Below, in pieces: positions 9,447-18,670 of a stretch of 64,000 nt of DNA. This DNA is from Methanothrix sp. Lineage in GTDB: Archaea > Halobacteriota > Methanosarcinia > Methanotrichales > Methanotrichaceae. Position 1 is the first letter of the stretch. Each line of letters opens with the position of its first letter. The stretch spans positions 1 to 64,000 of the forward strand of contig JAXGJB010000009.1 in NCBI GenBank assembly GCA_040770465.1. The letters are read 5' to 3'. Below the pieces are notes generated by a model, which saw nothing but the letters and a program-made list of their open reading frames with translations, did not search any database and was not told where the DNA came from. A program made the position numbers and the translations under genes.

Positions 9447-11297
9447 TTGACCGAAGAGATCCTCGTCTATCTGTCGGCCATCCTGGTGCTGGGAATAGGC
9501 GCCCAGTGGTTGGCCTGGAGGATGGGTCTCCCGTCGATTCTGGTCCTGCTCATATTCGGAATTCTGGCAGGCCCAATAACAGGTCTATTGGACCCGGACC
9601 GGATCTTCGGGCCTCTCCTCGTTCCCATGGTATCCTTATCGGTCGCGGTGATCCTCTTTGAAGGGGGTCTTAACCTCAAGATCGACGAGCTGAAAGAGAT
9701 CGGCGGCGTCGTCCGCAACCTCATAACACTGGGGGTATTGACCACGTGGGTCTTGTCCTCCGCAGCCGCCACCATAATCCTGGGCCTCGATCTTTACATC
9801 GCGATCCTATTCGGCTCGATCCTGGTGGTAACGGGGCCGACGGTCATTTTGCCGATGTTGCTACACATCCGTCCCAGCGGAAAGGTCGGAGACATAGCGA
9901 AGTGGGAGGGGATCATGAACGATCCCATAGGGGCGATGCTGGCGCTTCTGGTCTTCCAGGCGATTCTGATGGGCGGAGCTGAGGGGACCCTCGCCGCCAT
10001 CCTCCTCGGGACGATGAAGACGGTCTTCATAGGGGTCCTGACCGGGGTCATCGGCGAGATCCTTCTCGTCCAATTCTTGAAACGTTACTGGATCCCCGAC
10101 TACCTTCAAAACCCGGCGGCACTGATGATGGTGGTGACCGTATTCACCGTATCGGAGCAGTTCCAGATGGAGTCGGGGCTCTTCGCGGTGACGGTGATGG
10201 GGGTGGCTCTGGCAAACCAGAAGGCCGTCTCGGTCCAGCACATAATCGAGTTCAAGGAGAACCTGAGGGTGCTATTGATCGCCGGCCTCTTCATAGTCCT
10301 GGCTGGAAGGCTCTCCATAGAGGACCTGGAGTACATAGACGGGTTCAGTCTGCTATTTCTCGGGATACTGATGCTGGTGGTCCGGCCTGCGGCCGTCATC
10401 GTCTCCACCTGGGGTGCGAAGCTGAGGTGGCAGGAGCTGGTATTTCTCTCCTGGATGGCTCCCCGGGGGATTGTGGCGGCCTCGGTATCTTCCGTCTTCG
10501 CCCTGACGCTCGCGGGTGAGGGTTTTGCTCAGGCGGAGATGCTTGCTCCTCTCACCTTCTTTGTGATCATCGGGACGGTGGCGGTGTACGGGATCGGAGC
10601 CGCGCCCCTGGCCTGCTTGCTGGGCCTGGCTCAGGCAAACCCTCAGGGCGTCCTGATAGTCGGGGCCAACGTCTGGGCCCAGAGGGTCGCCGAGGCCCTC
10701 CAGGATGCTGGAGCGCGAGTTCTCGTCGTCGACTCCAACTACAGCCAGATATCCCGGGCCTACGAGGCTGGGCTTTCCACATATCACGGGAACATCATGG
10801 CGGATCACGTACTGGAGGAGATCGACCTGGAGGGGATGGGCCACCTCTTGGCCCTCACCTCCAACGATAAGGCAAACTCGCTGATATGCTTCCACCTTTC
10901 GGGGATATTCGGGAGGGCGAACGTCTACCAGCTCCCTCCGGTGGCGGAGGCCTACCGCGGCAAAGAGTTCGTCCAGCCCGCCCATCTCCGGGGCAGGTTC
11001 CTCTTCGGAAGAGAGGTGACTCTATCCTATCTTGCCCAGAGGTTTGAGGCCGGAGCCGAGATCGAGTCGTTCAGGCTAAAAGGAGATTACGGTTACGATG
11101 AGTTCAAGGGCTGCTACGGCAAGTCTGCGGTCCCGATGTTTCTCGTCGGGGAGGACGGAGACCTCCGCATCTTCACCGCCGAGGAGAGTCGTTTCGTGCC
11201 CAGGTCCGGCGAGGTTCTGATCGCCCTCATAAACCCCAGCGGGAAGGATACCGATGTATGTTCACCAGACGGTCTGAGGTCCAACGAAGTGTTTTAA
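9447..11297 (+). CDS. NhaP-type cation:proton antiporter (CPA1) with C-terminal TrkA-N/RCK domain
   Basis: ILFEGGL, VTGPTVI, WEGIMNDPIG and APRGIVAA motifs; about 12 TM helices followed by the GVLIVGAN Rossmann-like domain. Confidence 0.9.
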   Translation: MTEEILVYLSAILVLGIGAQWLAWRMGLPSILVLLIFGILAGPITGLLDPDRIFGPLLVPMVSLSVAVILFEGGLNLKIDELKEIGGVVRNLITLGVLTTWVLSSAAATIILGLDLYIAILFGSILVVTGPTVILPMLLHIRPSGKVGDIAKWEGIMNDPIGAMLALLVFQAILMGGAEGTLAAILLGTMKTVFIGVLTGVIGEILLVQFLKRYWIPDYLQNPAALMMVVTVFTVSEQFQMESGLFAVTVMGVALANQKAVSVQHIIEFKENLRVLLIAGLFIVLAGRLSIEDLEYIDGFSLLFLGILMLVVRPAAVIVSTWGAKLRWQELVFLSWMAPRGIVAASVSSVFALTLAGEGFAQAEMLAPLTFFVIIGTVAVYGIGAAPLACLLGLAQANPQGVLIVGANVWAQRVAEALQDAGARVLVVDSNYSQISRAYEAGLSTYHGNIMADHVLEEIDLEGMGHLLALTSNDKANSLICFHLSGIFGRANVYQLPPVAEAYRGKEFVQPAHLRGRFLFGREVTLSYLAQRFEAGAEIESFRLKGDYGYDEFKGCYGKSAVPMFLVGEDGDLRIFTAEESRFVPRSGEVLIALINPSGKDTDVCSPDGLRSNEVF

Positions 11298-11337
11298 AGC
11301 GGCTTGAAGTTCAATGAAGTTCAAGGATAAAAATGAC

Positions 11338-11360
11338 GAGGGGACGGCGGCGGTCCCCTC
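11338..11360 (-). terminator. Hairpin terminator downstream of cassette gene B1
   Basis: GAGGGGAC/GTCCCCTC 8-bp stem followed on the minus strand by a T-run; lies between convergent genes. Confidence 0.55.
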
Positions 11361-12220
11361 TAGCTGCAAACACAGCTGAAGATCCCTGCACTATCCCTGG
11401 GGAAGCTGCACGGATCGAGGTCCGAGCACCCGCCGACACAGCATGAGAGCCAGTCGGTCTTGTTCGTCTTGTTGGTGTAGACGAACTCCATCTCGACCCG
11501 TCTCGTTATGTCGAAGGTTCCTTCGTACCTCTCCTCGCCTAAATTGATCAATCTCCCGCCCTCGCCGACCTGTCGGTACCTGAGGTCTGCGATCCCGGTG
11601 GAGTGGGAGGCGGTGTCGTAGACTGTGGACCTGGTGGGATAGACGTCGGTGCTGATGATGGTGTCGTTTGTGGCGATGACAGTGGCGTTGAGCCTGTCGA
11701 GCCTCATGGCGACGTTCCTCTCCCGGGATAGCTCTGGGTTGTAGAGGAAGCTTGATCCGACGACGTCTCCGTTATTTCCGGCCGAGTCCCGGTCGTTGAT
11801 CATCTTGCCGAGGTAGTCTGTAGTCTTGCTGGCGTTCAGCCTCACAGGCCAGCTCTCCGTCAGGGTGATCGTCCAGATCTCGCTTCCCGCGGGCTTGAAG
11901 TATGTCCGGTTGACCCCGCCACTGGTCTTGGCCAAAAGGTCGATCACCTCCTGGGAGCTGTATGTCCCTTCCAGAGCCGCCGTCCTCTCCCGGAGTCGGA
12001 CGTCGTTTGTGGCGAGGTCGGAGCTTCCGGAGTAGTAGGGAGATAGAACCCGTCCAGAAGGGGTCACGGCTATGGGGGCGATGTCCCCCTCCACTGAGCT
12101 CTCCATCTCGAAGCTGATGTTGGCGGACTGCCTTGTGATCCAGAACGAAGAGCCATCGGTGATGTTGTCCACCCCGAAGGTGTACGAGGCGGCGGAGGCT
12201 CCCGATATCAGCCCCGCCAG
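11359..12220. repeat. 862-bp direct repeat, copy 1
   Basis: Matches 13543-14404 (offset 2184); the only difference seen is A12155/G14339 (synonymous). Confidence 0.95.
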
Positions 12221-12256
12221 GAGGAGCGCCGTCGTTAGAGCGCGATATCTGTTCAT
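11360..12256 (-). CDS. Secreted hypothetical protein B1 with Cys-rich C-terminus
   Basis: Starts MNRYRALTTALLLAGLISGASA, 3 nt after the upstream stop; C-terminus WLSCCVGGCSDLDPCSFPRDSAGIFSCVCS. Confidence 0.85.
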   Translation of the reverse strand: MNRYRALTTALLLAGLISGASAASYTFGVDNITDGSSFWITRQSANISFEMESSVEGDIAPIAVTPSGRVLSPYYSGSSDLATNDVRLRERTAALEGTYSSQEVIDLLAKTSGGVNRTYFKPAGSEIWTITLTESWPVRLNASKTTDYLGKMINDRDSAGNNGDVVGSSFLYNPELSRERNVAMRLDRLNATVIATNDTIISTDVYPTRSTVYDTASHSTGIADLRYRQVGEGGRLINLGEERYEGTFDITRRVEMEFVYTNKTNKTDWLSCCVGGCSDLDPCSFPRDSAGIFSCVCS

Positions 12257-12258
12257 CT

Positions 12259-13383
12259 TTACAGCTCCACAATAATCGCATCGTCGCCGGTATCGCTGGT
12301 CCAGGCCCAGGACTCGAATGATTTGGTGCCGGACCAAAACCTTTCTTCTAATTTTCCTGTCGAATACGCCCAGGGCCATATGACATTCCCTTCGGCGTAG
12401 GATCGTTGATGGGCTCTCGCCTCGCTGTCGTCCACGCTGGCCTCGCCCTCGAACTCGAAGTACGCGTTCCCGCTGATCCAGTTGTCGACGTAGGCGACGT
12501 AGTTCTTGTCTGGGTTGCGGGCTTCGCAGTAGGCGTAGGCCCCGCTTCCATCGATCACCGCCGACTGGCGAGCTGTGGCGCTGTTTCCAGCTTTGACCTG
12601 CTGGGAAACATCAAGGGATCCGTCATAGACGTTGGCGTAGTCCACGACGTAGCTCCCCTTGGAGTCCATCCCTATACCGTAAGCCGTCGAGGAATATCCC
12701 TGGGCTTCGACCTTCTGAGTGGCTGCGACGCATCCACCCGTGGCAGCTTTGACCTGCTGGTAAGCATCAAGGGATCCGTCAGAGACGATGGCGTAGTCCT
12801 CGGCGTAGCTCCCCTTGGAGTCCCTCCCTTGGCCGTAAGCCGCCGCGTAAACTCCCTGAGCTTCGACCTTCTGAGTGGCTGCGACGCTTCCGCCCGTGGC
12901 GACGGACTGGGATGCGGATATGTCGGCCAGGTAGGTGCGAGATCCAACGCCTGCAAAATCTCCGCCCTGGGTGCCTGAGAGCTCGGAGGTCGTCCATGCG
13001 CTTCCGGTGGTGGATACGGACCTCGACGCCACCCCCGCCCCCGGCGTCAGAGTCGAGCTTCCCGAGCCGTCTATGCACGAGGCTCCCAGGGTCTCCAGGG
13101 CGTAGTTTATGACGTAGTCTGAGCCCCCGCCTCTTCCGCACATCACCTGATTTATATTCGCGTCGCCAGAGCCCGATAGGCTCTTTCTGTCGGTCATGCT
13201 GACGCCGTCGAAGCTGGCAGACGACTTGCTCCAGACACCGACGTTGTCGTCGACGTCGTAAGAGTCTGTCATTCCAACAGACTCACCTCCGTTGCTGGCC
13301 GAGAAATGGAAATCGATGGCATAAGCTCCCTGAAAAATCAAAAAGCATGCAATCGGGACGATCAACCTTAATAAGCGAGCCAA
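12259..13383 (-). CDS. Secreted hypothetical protein A1 with two internal 52-aa repeats
   Basis: TTG start 7 nt after GGAGGG; signal peptide ending QGAYA; IDFHFSASNGGESV N-domain; 156-bp internal tandem repeat at about 12590-12900. Confidence 0.82.
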   Translation of the reverse strand: MARLLRLIVPIACFLIFQGAYAIDFHFSASNGGESVGMTDSYDVDDNVGVWSKSSASFDGVSMTDRKSLSGSGDANINQVMCGRGGGSDYVINYALETLGASCIDGSGSSTLTPGAGVASRSVSTTGSAWTTSELSGTQGGDFAGVGSRTYLADISASQSVATGGSVAATQKVEAQGVYAAAYGQGRDSKGSYAEDYAIVSDGSLDAYQQVKAATGGCVAATQKVEAQGYSSTAYGIGMDSKGSYVVDYANVYDGSLDVSQQVKAGNSATARQSAVIDGSGAYAYCEARNPDKNYVAYVDNWISGNAYFEFEGEASVDDSEARAHQRSYAEGNVIWPWAYSTGKLEERFWSGTKSFESWAWTSDTGDDAIIVEL

Positions 13384-13520
13384 TGAAAATCCCTCCTGAT
13401 CCTGGCTTTTTCTTGGATTTGAATTAGATTTATAGCTTTCGCCTATCCTAAAAATCCAGCAAGAAATGGCAGCCAGGAGAAACATGAATAGAGAACAAAA
13501 ATACAGAATAAAATGAACGT

Positions 13521-13543
13521 ATGAGGGGAACAGCCCCCCTCAT
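13521..13543 (-). terminator. Hairpin terminator downstream of cassette gene B2
   Basis: ATGAGGGG/CCCCTCAT stem followed by T-rich sequence on the minus strand. Confidence 0.5.
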
Positions 13544-14404
13544 CTAGCTGCAAACACAGCTGAAGATCCCTGCACTATCCCTGGGGAAGCTGCACGGATC
13601 GAGGTCCGAGCACCCGCCGACACAGCATGAGAGCCAGTCGGTCTTGTTCGTCTTGTTGGTGTAGACGAACTCCATCTCGACCCGTCTCGTTATGTCGAAG
13701 GTTCCTTCGTACCTCTCCTCGCCTAAATTGATCAATCTCCCGCCCTCGCCGACCTGTCGGTACCTGAGGTCTGCGATCCCGGTGGAGTGGGAGGCGGTGT
13801 CGTAGACTGTGGACCTGGTGGGATAGACGTCGGTGCTGATGATGGTGTCGTTTGTGGCGATGACAGTGGCGTTGAGCCTGTCGAGCCTCATGGCGACGTT
13901 CCTCTCCCGGGATAGCTCTGGGTTGTAGAGGAAGCTTGATCCGACGACGTCTCCGTTATTTCCGGCCGAGTCCCGGTCGTTGATCATCTTGCCGAGGTAG
14001 TCTGTAGTCTTGCTGGCGTTCAGCCTCACAGGCCAGCTCTCCGTCAGGGTGATCGTCCAGATCTCGCTTCCCGCGGGCTTGAAGTATGTCCGGTTGACCC
14101 CGCCACTGGTCTTGGCCAAAAGGTCGATCACCTCCTGGGAGCTGTATGTCCCTTCCAGAGCCGCCGTCCTCTCCCGGAGTCGGACGTCGTTTGTGGCGAG
14201 GTCGGAGCTTCCGGAGTAGTAGGGAGATAGAACCCGTCCAGAAGGGGTCACGGCTATGGGGGCGATGTCCCCCTCCACTGAGCTCTCCATCTCGAAGCTG
14301 ATGTTGGCGGACTGCCTTGTGATCCAGAACGAAGAGCCGTCGGTGATGTTGTCCACCCCGAAGGTGTACGAGGCGGCGGAGGCTCCCGATATCAGCCCCG
14401 CCAG
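13543..14404. repeat. 862-bp direct repeat, copy 2
   Basis: Near-identical to 11359-12220. Confidence 0.95.
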
Positions 14405-14434
14405 CAGCAGTAGATATGCGAATTCCGTCCTCAT
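13544..14434 (-). CDS. Secreted hypothetical protein B2 (mature part identical to B1)
   Basis: Same mature sequence as B1 with a different signal-peptide N-terminus (MRTEFAYLLL). Confidence 0.88.
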   Translation of the reverse strand: MRTEFAYLLLLAGLISGASAASYTFGVDNITDGSSFWITRQSANISFEMESSVEGDIAPIAVTPSGRVLSPYYSGSSDLATNDVRLRERTAALEGTYSSQEVIDLLAKTSGGVNRTYFKPAGSEIWTITLTESWPVRLNASKTTDYLGKMINDRDSAGNNGDVVGSSFLYNPELSRERNVAMRLDRLNATVIATNDTIISTDVYPTRSTVYDTASHSTGIADLRYRQVGEGGRLINLGEERYEGTFDITRRVEMEFVYTNKTNKTDWLSCCVGGCSDLDPCSFPRDSAGIFSCVCS

Positions 14435-17083
14435 TCAGACCACGCTCGTTTCGGCATAAGCTCCAGTGTTGTCGGTCCGGGCCTCCCCGGTGACACTATG
14501 TGCCCCGAAGCCTCCTTTGGGACTAAAAGCCAGAGGATACGGTGGATTCCAAGCTTCGGCGACGATCCCGAACATGCCCACCACTGGGTACTTCTGTGTG
14601 GCCCGGGTGGAGTCGTCACCCGCGTACGCCCCCATCTCTCCATAGTTCAATCCTCCGGCTACCAATGTGGAATCCACGTCGGAGCGAGCTGTCCCATCGT
14701 CGGCGTGGGAGCCGAGGTGAATGTTTGTCCCGACTGCGCCCACGTTCTCGGCCGATGCCGAAGCGCTCGAGCTCGTATCGGCGCTGAAGTCGCCCCAGAT
14801 CATGGCGGAACCGGCCGTTACATCCCCGGAAACGCTGGCGACCCGGTCAGGTCCGCTGGAGTCGTAGGTCCCACTTATGGCACCAATGCCTCCACTGCCC
14901 TCTATGACCGTGAGCCACATATTCTTTCCTTCTGCGGAGGTGCTGTCTCCGGACTCAGCCTTCAGGCAGTCGGCGCTGGCAGCGGCAAAGTCGCCGACAC
15001 CCCCGGCGCCCACGGCCGACCCTTCAGCCGTCAAGGTGCTGGACCCTCCGATCAGGTTGAGCTGGGTGTTTCCGGCAGCTGCGCCTGTTCCTGCAGCGCC
15101 TTCACGGCTGGAGGCTTCTACAGATCTCGCAGTCACTTCGGCGCTGTTTCCTGTGCTGGCCTCGACGCTTCCGACGCCGACATAGTTCTTTTTGCCTGCG
15201 GCCCCGGCGCCGAAGATGGCGCCTTCTCCGTCGGCGTAGATGAGCAAGTTATTGAAGTCGATTGATCCAATCAGGTTGCCAGCGCCCGCCGCTGTTCCGA
15301 CGAAGCCTTCCTTGTTGGAGGCCTCGATCCCTTTGCCTGAGGCTCCGGTTCCAAAGACGGTTGTTTCGGCGGTCAGGGTGTCGCTCTTGATCTGGTTCTT
15401 TTTGCCGTCCGCAACAACGCCGACCCCGGCACCCTCAGCCCAGCCACCGATGTATCCGGACCACAGATTGACTTGTGCGCCCCCTGTGACCGCGGCGGCC
15501 CCGATGGATCCCTTCTTGTTGGATCCCTCTATACCCTCGCCGTAGGCTTCGAATCCAGAGCATCCGGTGCTCGCGCCTAGGGCGTCGCTCTTGATCTCGT
15601 TCTTCTTTCCGTCAGCGACCACACCCGCCCCGGCAACACCGGCTCCTCCGGTGATGAATCCGGTCTGCATATCGAGAGACACCGTTCCTCTTCCTGCGGC
15701 TGTGATTGCCCCTACTGATCCCTTCTTGTTGGTGGCCTCGATCTCCTCACCGAAGGCCTCGGTTCCAGAGCTACCGGTGCAGGCGGCCAGTGTTCCGCTA
15801 CTGATCGCGTTCTTTTTGCCCTCTGCGACGACACCCGCCCCGGCGGCATCGACGCCGCCTCCGATGTATCCGTTCTGCAGATCGACGTCGGCACCCAGGC
15901 TCCCTACGGCTGCGCCGGCCCCTACGAATCCCTTCTTGTTAGAGGCCTCGATATCCTCACCGAAGGCTCCTGTTCCAAAGCAACTGGTGCAGGCTGCCAG
16001 TGTTCCGCTACTGATCTCATTCTTTTTGCCGTCTGCAACGACGCCGACCCCGGCAGCATTGGCGCCGCCACCGATGTACCCGTTCTGCAGATTGACGTCA
16101 AGGCCGACGCTTCCTGCGGCAGCTCCTGCCCCGACGAACCCGTCCTTGTTTGAAGCCTCGATATTCTCACCGAAGGCTCCGGTTCCAGAGCAACCAGTGC
16201 GGGCGGCCAGGGTTCCGCTGATCTCGTTGTCAACGCCGACCGCGGCAATCCCGGCTCCTGCTGCCTCAGCCCCGCCATTTATGCGGAGGTTGCCGTTCGC
16301 GTCGATGTTGAGGTCGACGTTGCCGGCACCGGCTCCAGCACCCACGGCCCCAAGATCGCTTTCTGCCGATCTGATCTCGCCATAAGCCCAGGCGCTGTTT
16401 CCGGTTCCCGTGGCCAGCTTGCAGTCGACCTCAGCAGGTCCGGCCAGGTCCAGGGAGGATACGGCAACAGCCGCCCCTTCGCCCAATACATTCAAGGTTC
16501 CGGGGCCCACATCGACACACATGAAGCCAGCAGTCCCGAAGGCTGTTGGGAGGAACCCGACCATCTGAGTGTCCTGAGATGTCGCGATCCCGTCATCGAC
16601 CTTTATCGTCTGCTTCGAGTCGAGGGATCCGTCGAATACAAATGCGTGCTGCATAGTGCCCCTGACTCCCTGATATGCGGTGGAGACGACGGCGCTCTCG
16701 TCAGCCCCGTCGATGGAGACGTCCTGGACCACGTTGAGGGTATTGGGAGTGAGATGGGCGGAGCCGCAGGCCAGGGTCCGGGAGGCGTCCCGTGCGTATA
16801 TGTAGTTCGCCCCGGAGTAGCAGCCGCTCCCCGAGTATCCCTGGACGGCGTATACGTCGCCGGGTCCAGCAATCGTTCTCTTATCATCGATCGCTAGGCC
16901 ACCGCCGAAGCTCGCCGCAGACTCGCCGCTCACCTCGACGCTGTCGTCGACGTTGTAGGAGTCCCAGATGCTCACGCTCTCTCCGCCGCCATCGCTAGCC
17001 GAGAAATACATATCGATGGCGTAAGCCCCTTGAAGGACAAGAAGGCAAGTAATCGATACTGTCAATCTATGCAGTCCGGACAG
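14435..17083 (-). CDS. Large secreted Gly/Ala-rich repeat protein A2
   Basis: N-domain IDMYFSASDGGGESV is homologous to A1; about 70-aa (210-bp) repeats of the form IEASNK.G.VG...GAGVVADGKKN.I; start is CTG 17083 or TTG 17065. Confidence 0.85.
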   Translation of the reverse strand: MSGLHRLTVSITCLLVLQGAYAIDMYFSASDGGGESVSIWDSYNVDDSVEVSGESAASFGGGLAIDDKRTIAGPGDVYAVQGYSGSGCYSGANYIYARDASRTLACGSAHLTPNTLNVVQDVSIDGADESAVVSTAYQGVRGTMQHAFVFDGSLDSKQTIKVDDGIATSQDTQMVGFLPTAFGTAGFMCVDVGPGTLNVLGEGAAVAVSSLDLAGPAEVDCKLATGTGNSAWAYGEIRSAESDLGAVGAGAGAGNVDLNIDANGNLRINGGAEAAGAGIAAVGVDNEISGTLAARTGCSGTGAFGENIEASNKDGFVGAGAAAGSVGLDVNLQNGYIGGGANAAGVGVVADGKKNEISSGTLAACTSCFGTGAFGEDIEASNKKGFVGAGAAVGSLGADVDLQNGYIGGGVDAAGAGVVAEGKKNAISSGTLAACTGSSGTEAFGEEIEATNKKGSVGAITAAGRGTVSLDMQTGFITGGAGVAGAGVVADGKKNEIKSDALGASTGCSGFEAYGEGIEGSNKKGSIGAAAVTGGAQVNLWSGYIGGWAEGAGVGVVADGKKNQIKSDTLTAETTVFGTGASGKGIEASNKEGFVGTAAGAGNLIGSIDFNNLLIYADGEGAIFGAGAAGKKNYVGVGSVEASTGNSAEVTARSVEASSREGAAGTGAAAGNTQLNLIGGSSTLTAEGSAVGAGGVGDFAAASADCLKAESGDSTSAEGKNMWLTVIEGSGGIGAISGTYDSSGPDRVASVSGDVTAGSAMIWGDFSADTSSSASASAENVGAVGTNIHLGSHADDGTARSDVDSTLVAGGLNYGEMGAYAGDDSTRATQKYPVVGMFGIVAEAWNPPYPLAFSPKGGFGAHSVTGEARTDNTGAYAETSVV

Positions 17084-17185
17084 AGATCTCCCTCCTCAAT
17101 CAATTCCTTTTGCTCACTACTGATTGAGAATCTATATAAAAATTCCGATTTTAGTTATAAAAAATAATTATATAACATAGTTATA

Positions 17186-18454
17186 TCAAGCAACCTTCAC
17201 CACAGCCCTCCCCGCGAACAGAACCGAGTTGTAGGCATCATCCTCCACCACGACTATGGGAACGTAATCGCCGGCCTCGGCATCGACCTCGGTGAGGCTG
17301 ACCCTGTAATTGAAGAGGGGTGACCTGGAGAGGACCAGCGGCAGATGATAGCCGGCCGATATGGTCCTGTTATCGGATGATGCGGTCACGTTGTAGAATA
17401 CGATGGCGCTTTCGTCCTGGGCTGCGGTCACGTTCTCCGCCATGTAACCCATGTAATTGACGCCGGGAGACGTGGCGTTCAGAGCCTCCCGAGATATGTA
17501 GTGGACCTGCCCTGATAGGTCGATCAGGCCGTTGAGGATTCCATCATCCCCAAAGTAGGCATAGGCTGCGATCTGAGACTCCCCGCGATCCAGAAGGAGG
17601 ATGCAGGGTATAGAATGGGCAAGGAGGGGTCGGAACTGGTCTGATACTCCGGCCACCTCGGACGCGAGGACGGGAGATACGGCGCCGTCGGGTCCTGAGA
17701 CCTGATAGAACGTCCCGGGCCAGGAGAACTGGACCGTCGCCTCCCCGCCATCGATATCCCGAACCTCCGACCAGACCACCTCTCGTGAATCGTTATCTGC
17801 CAGGTACAGGGTCGCAGTCTTGAGGTTCTGGTCCGGGTCTTTCACCTCTACTTCGATCCTTGCGGGGCGATTTTTGCTCGCGATATCGTTTGTGAGTCTG
17901 AGGTCTGATACCTCCGGAGCTGGAGAAAAGCCCACTGCCCGGATCATCCATTCGGTCTCGTTCTGCCGGTACGGATCCAGGTCCCAGACAAGTAGACGGT
18001 TGGGATTTCGAGCGGAGAATTGGGACATGTTCGTCGCGGGACCGATGTCTGTTCCAACGTAGATCCCGCCGTACTCGTAGAGGGAGATGAGGAAGAACCC
18101 AGATACAAGGACGTCGGGGACGTCCACGACGGCCCAGCCGAACTCGTCGCCGAAGAACGAGTCGGCCCTGTCCGTCACCTTCGATATGAGGTTGTAGTCT
18201 TCGTCCCAGATCTCCAAGACGAAGATCTCGGAGGTGCTGTTCGGCTCCAGCTTTCCGTAGACGGCAGCTTCCGACAGGGTCCAATTTCCGGGAGGCGCTT
18301 CAAAGATGACGGTGTGGCCCCTTCCGCCCCCCATCATAAAGCCGTTTTCCGCAGCTCCATCGTCGAGATAGAGGGTCACCGGGATCTCACATAAGCCGCT
18401 CTGGCAAGCGATGACGAGTTGAATCAAGAGCACCATCGCAATCTTCGTCATCAA
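17186..18454 (-). CDS. Secreted hypothetical protein
   Basis: Signal peptide, long ORF with host-like codon usage, YLDDGAAENG motif. Confidence 0.75.
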   Translation of the reverse strand: MMTKIAMVLLIQLVIACQSGLCEIPVTLYLDDGAAENGFMMGGGRGHTVIFEAPPGNWTLSEAAVYGKLEPNSTSEIFVLEIWDEDYNLISKVTDRADSFFGDEFGWAVVDVPDVLVSGFFLISLYEYGGIYVGTDIGPATNMSQFSARNPNRLLVWDLDPYRQNETEWMIRAVGFSPAPEVSDLRLTNDIASKNRPARIEVEVKDPDQNLKTATLYLADNDSREVVWSEVRDIDGGEATVQFSWPGTFYQVSGPDGAVSPVLASEVAGVSDQFRPLLAHSIPCILLLDRGESQIAAYAYFGDDGILNGLIDLSGQVHYISREALNATSPGVNYMGYMAENVTAAQDESAIVFYNVTASSDNRTISAGYHLPLVLSRSPLFNYRVSLTEVDAEAGDYVPIVVVEDDAYNSVLFAGRAVVKVA

Positions 18455-18670
18455 AGCCCCTCCAAGACCTGCGATCTATCGGGATTTCGGCTCAACATGT
18501 GGCGATATCGGTCCTCTTCGATCCTCATGGAGATAGTATTTACATTTCTGTCTATTAGTCATTTTTGAGGCTCAGTCAGGGCTTGAAGCTCATCGGGGTC
18601 CCACCCGAACAAATTACCTCCACGTCGATGACGGCCGGTCGTGGGGATCTGGCATTATAATGAGCCTTCA

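Noticed and set aside
11359-14404. Diversity-generating retroelement TR/VR pair or IS copies
   Set aside because: No reverse transcriptase or transposase in the window; the repeat is 862 bp with one synonymous change and both copies are full genes.
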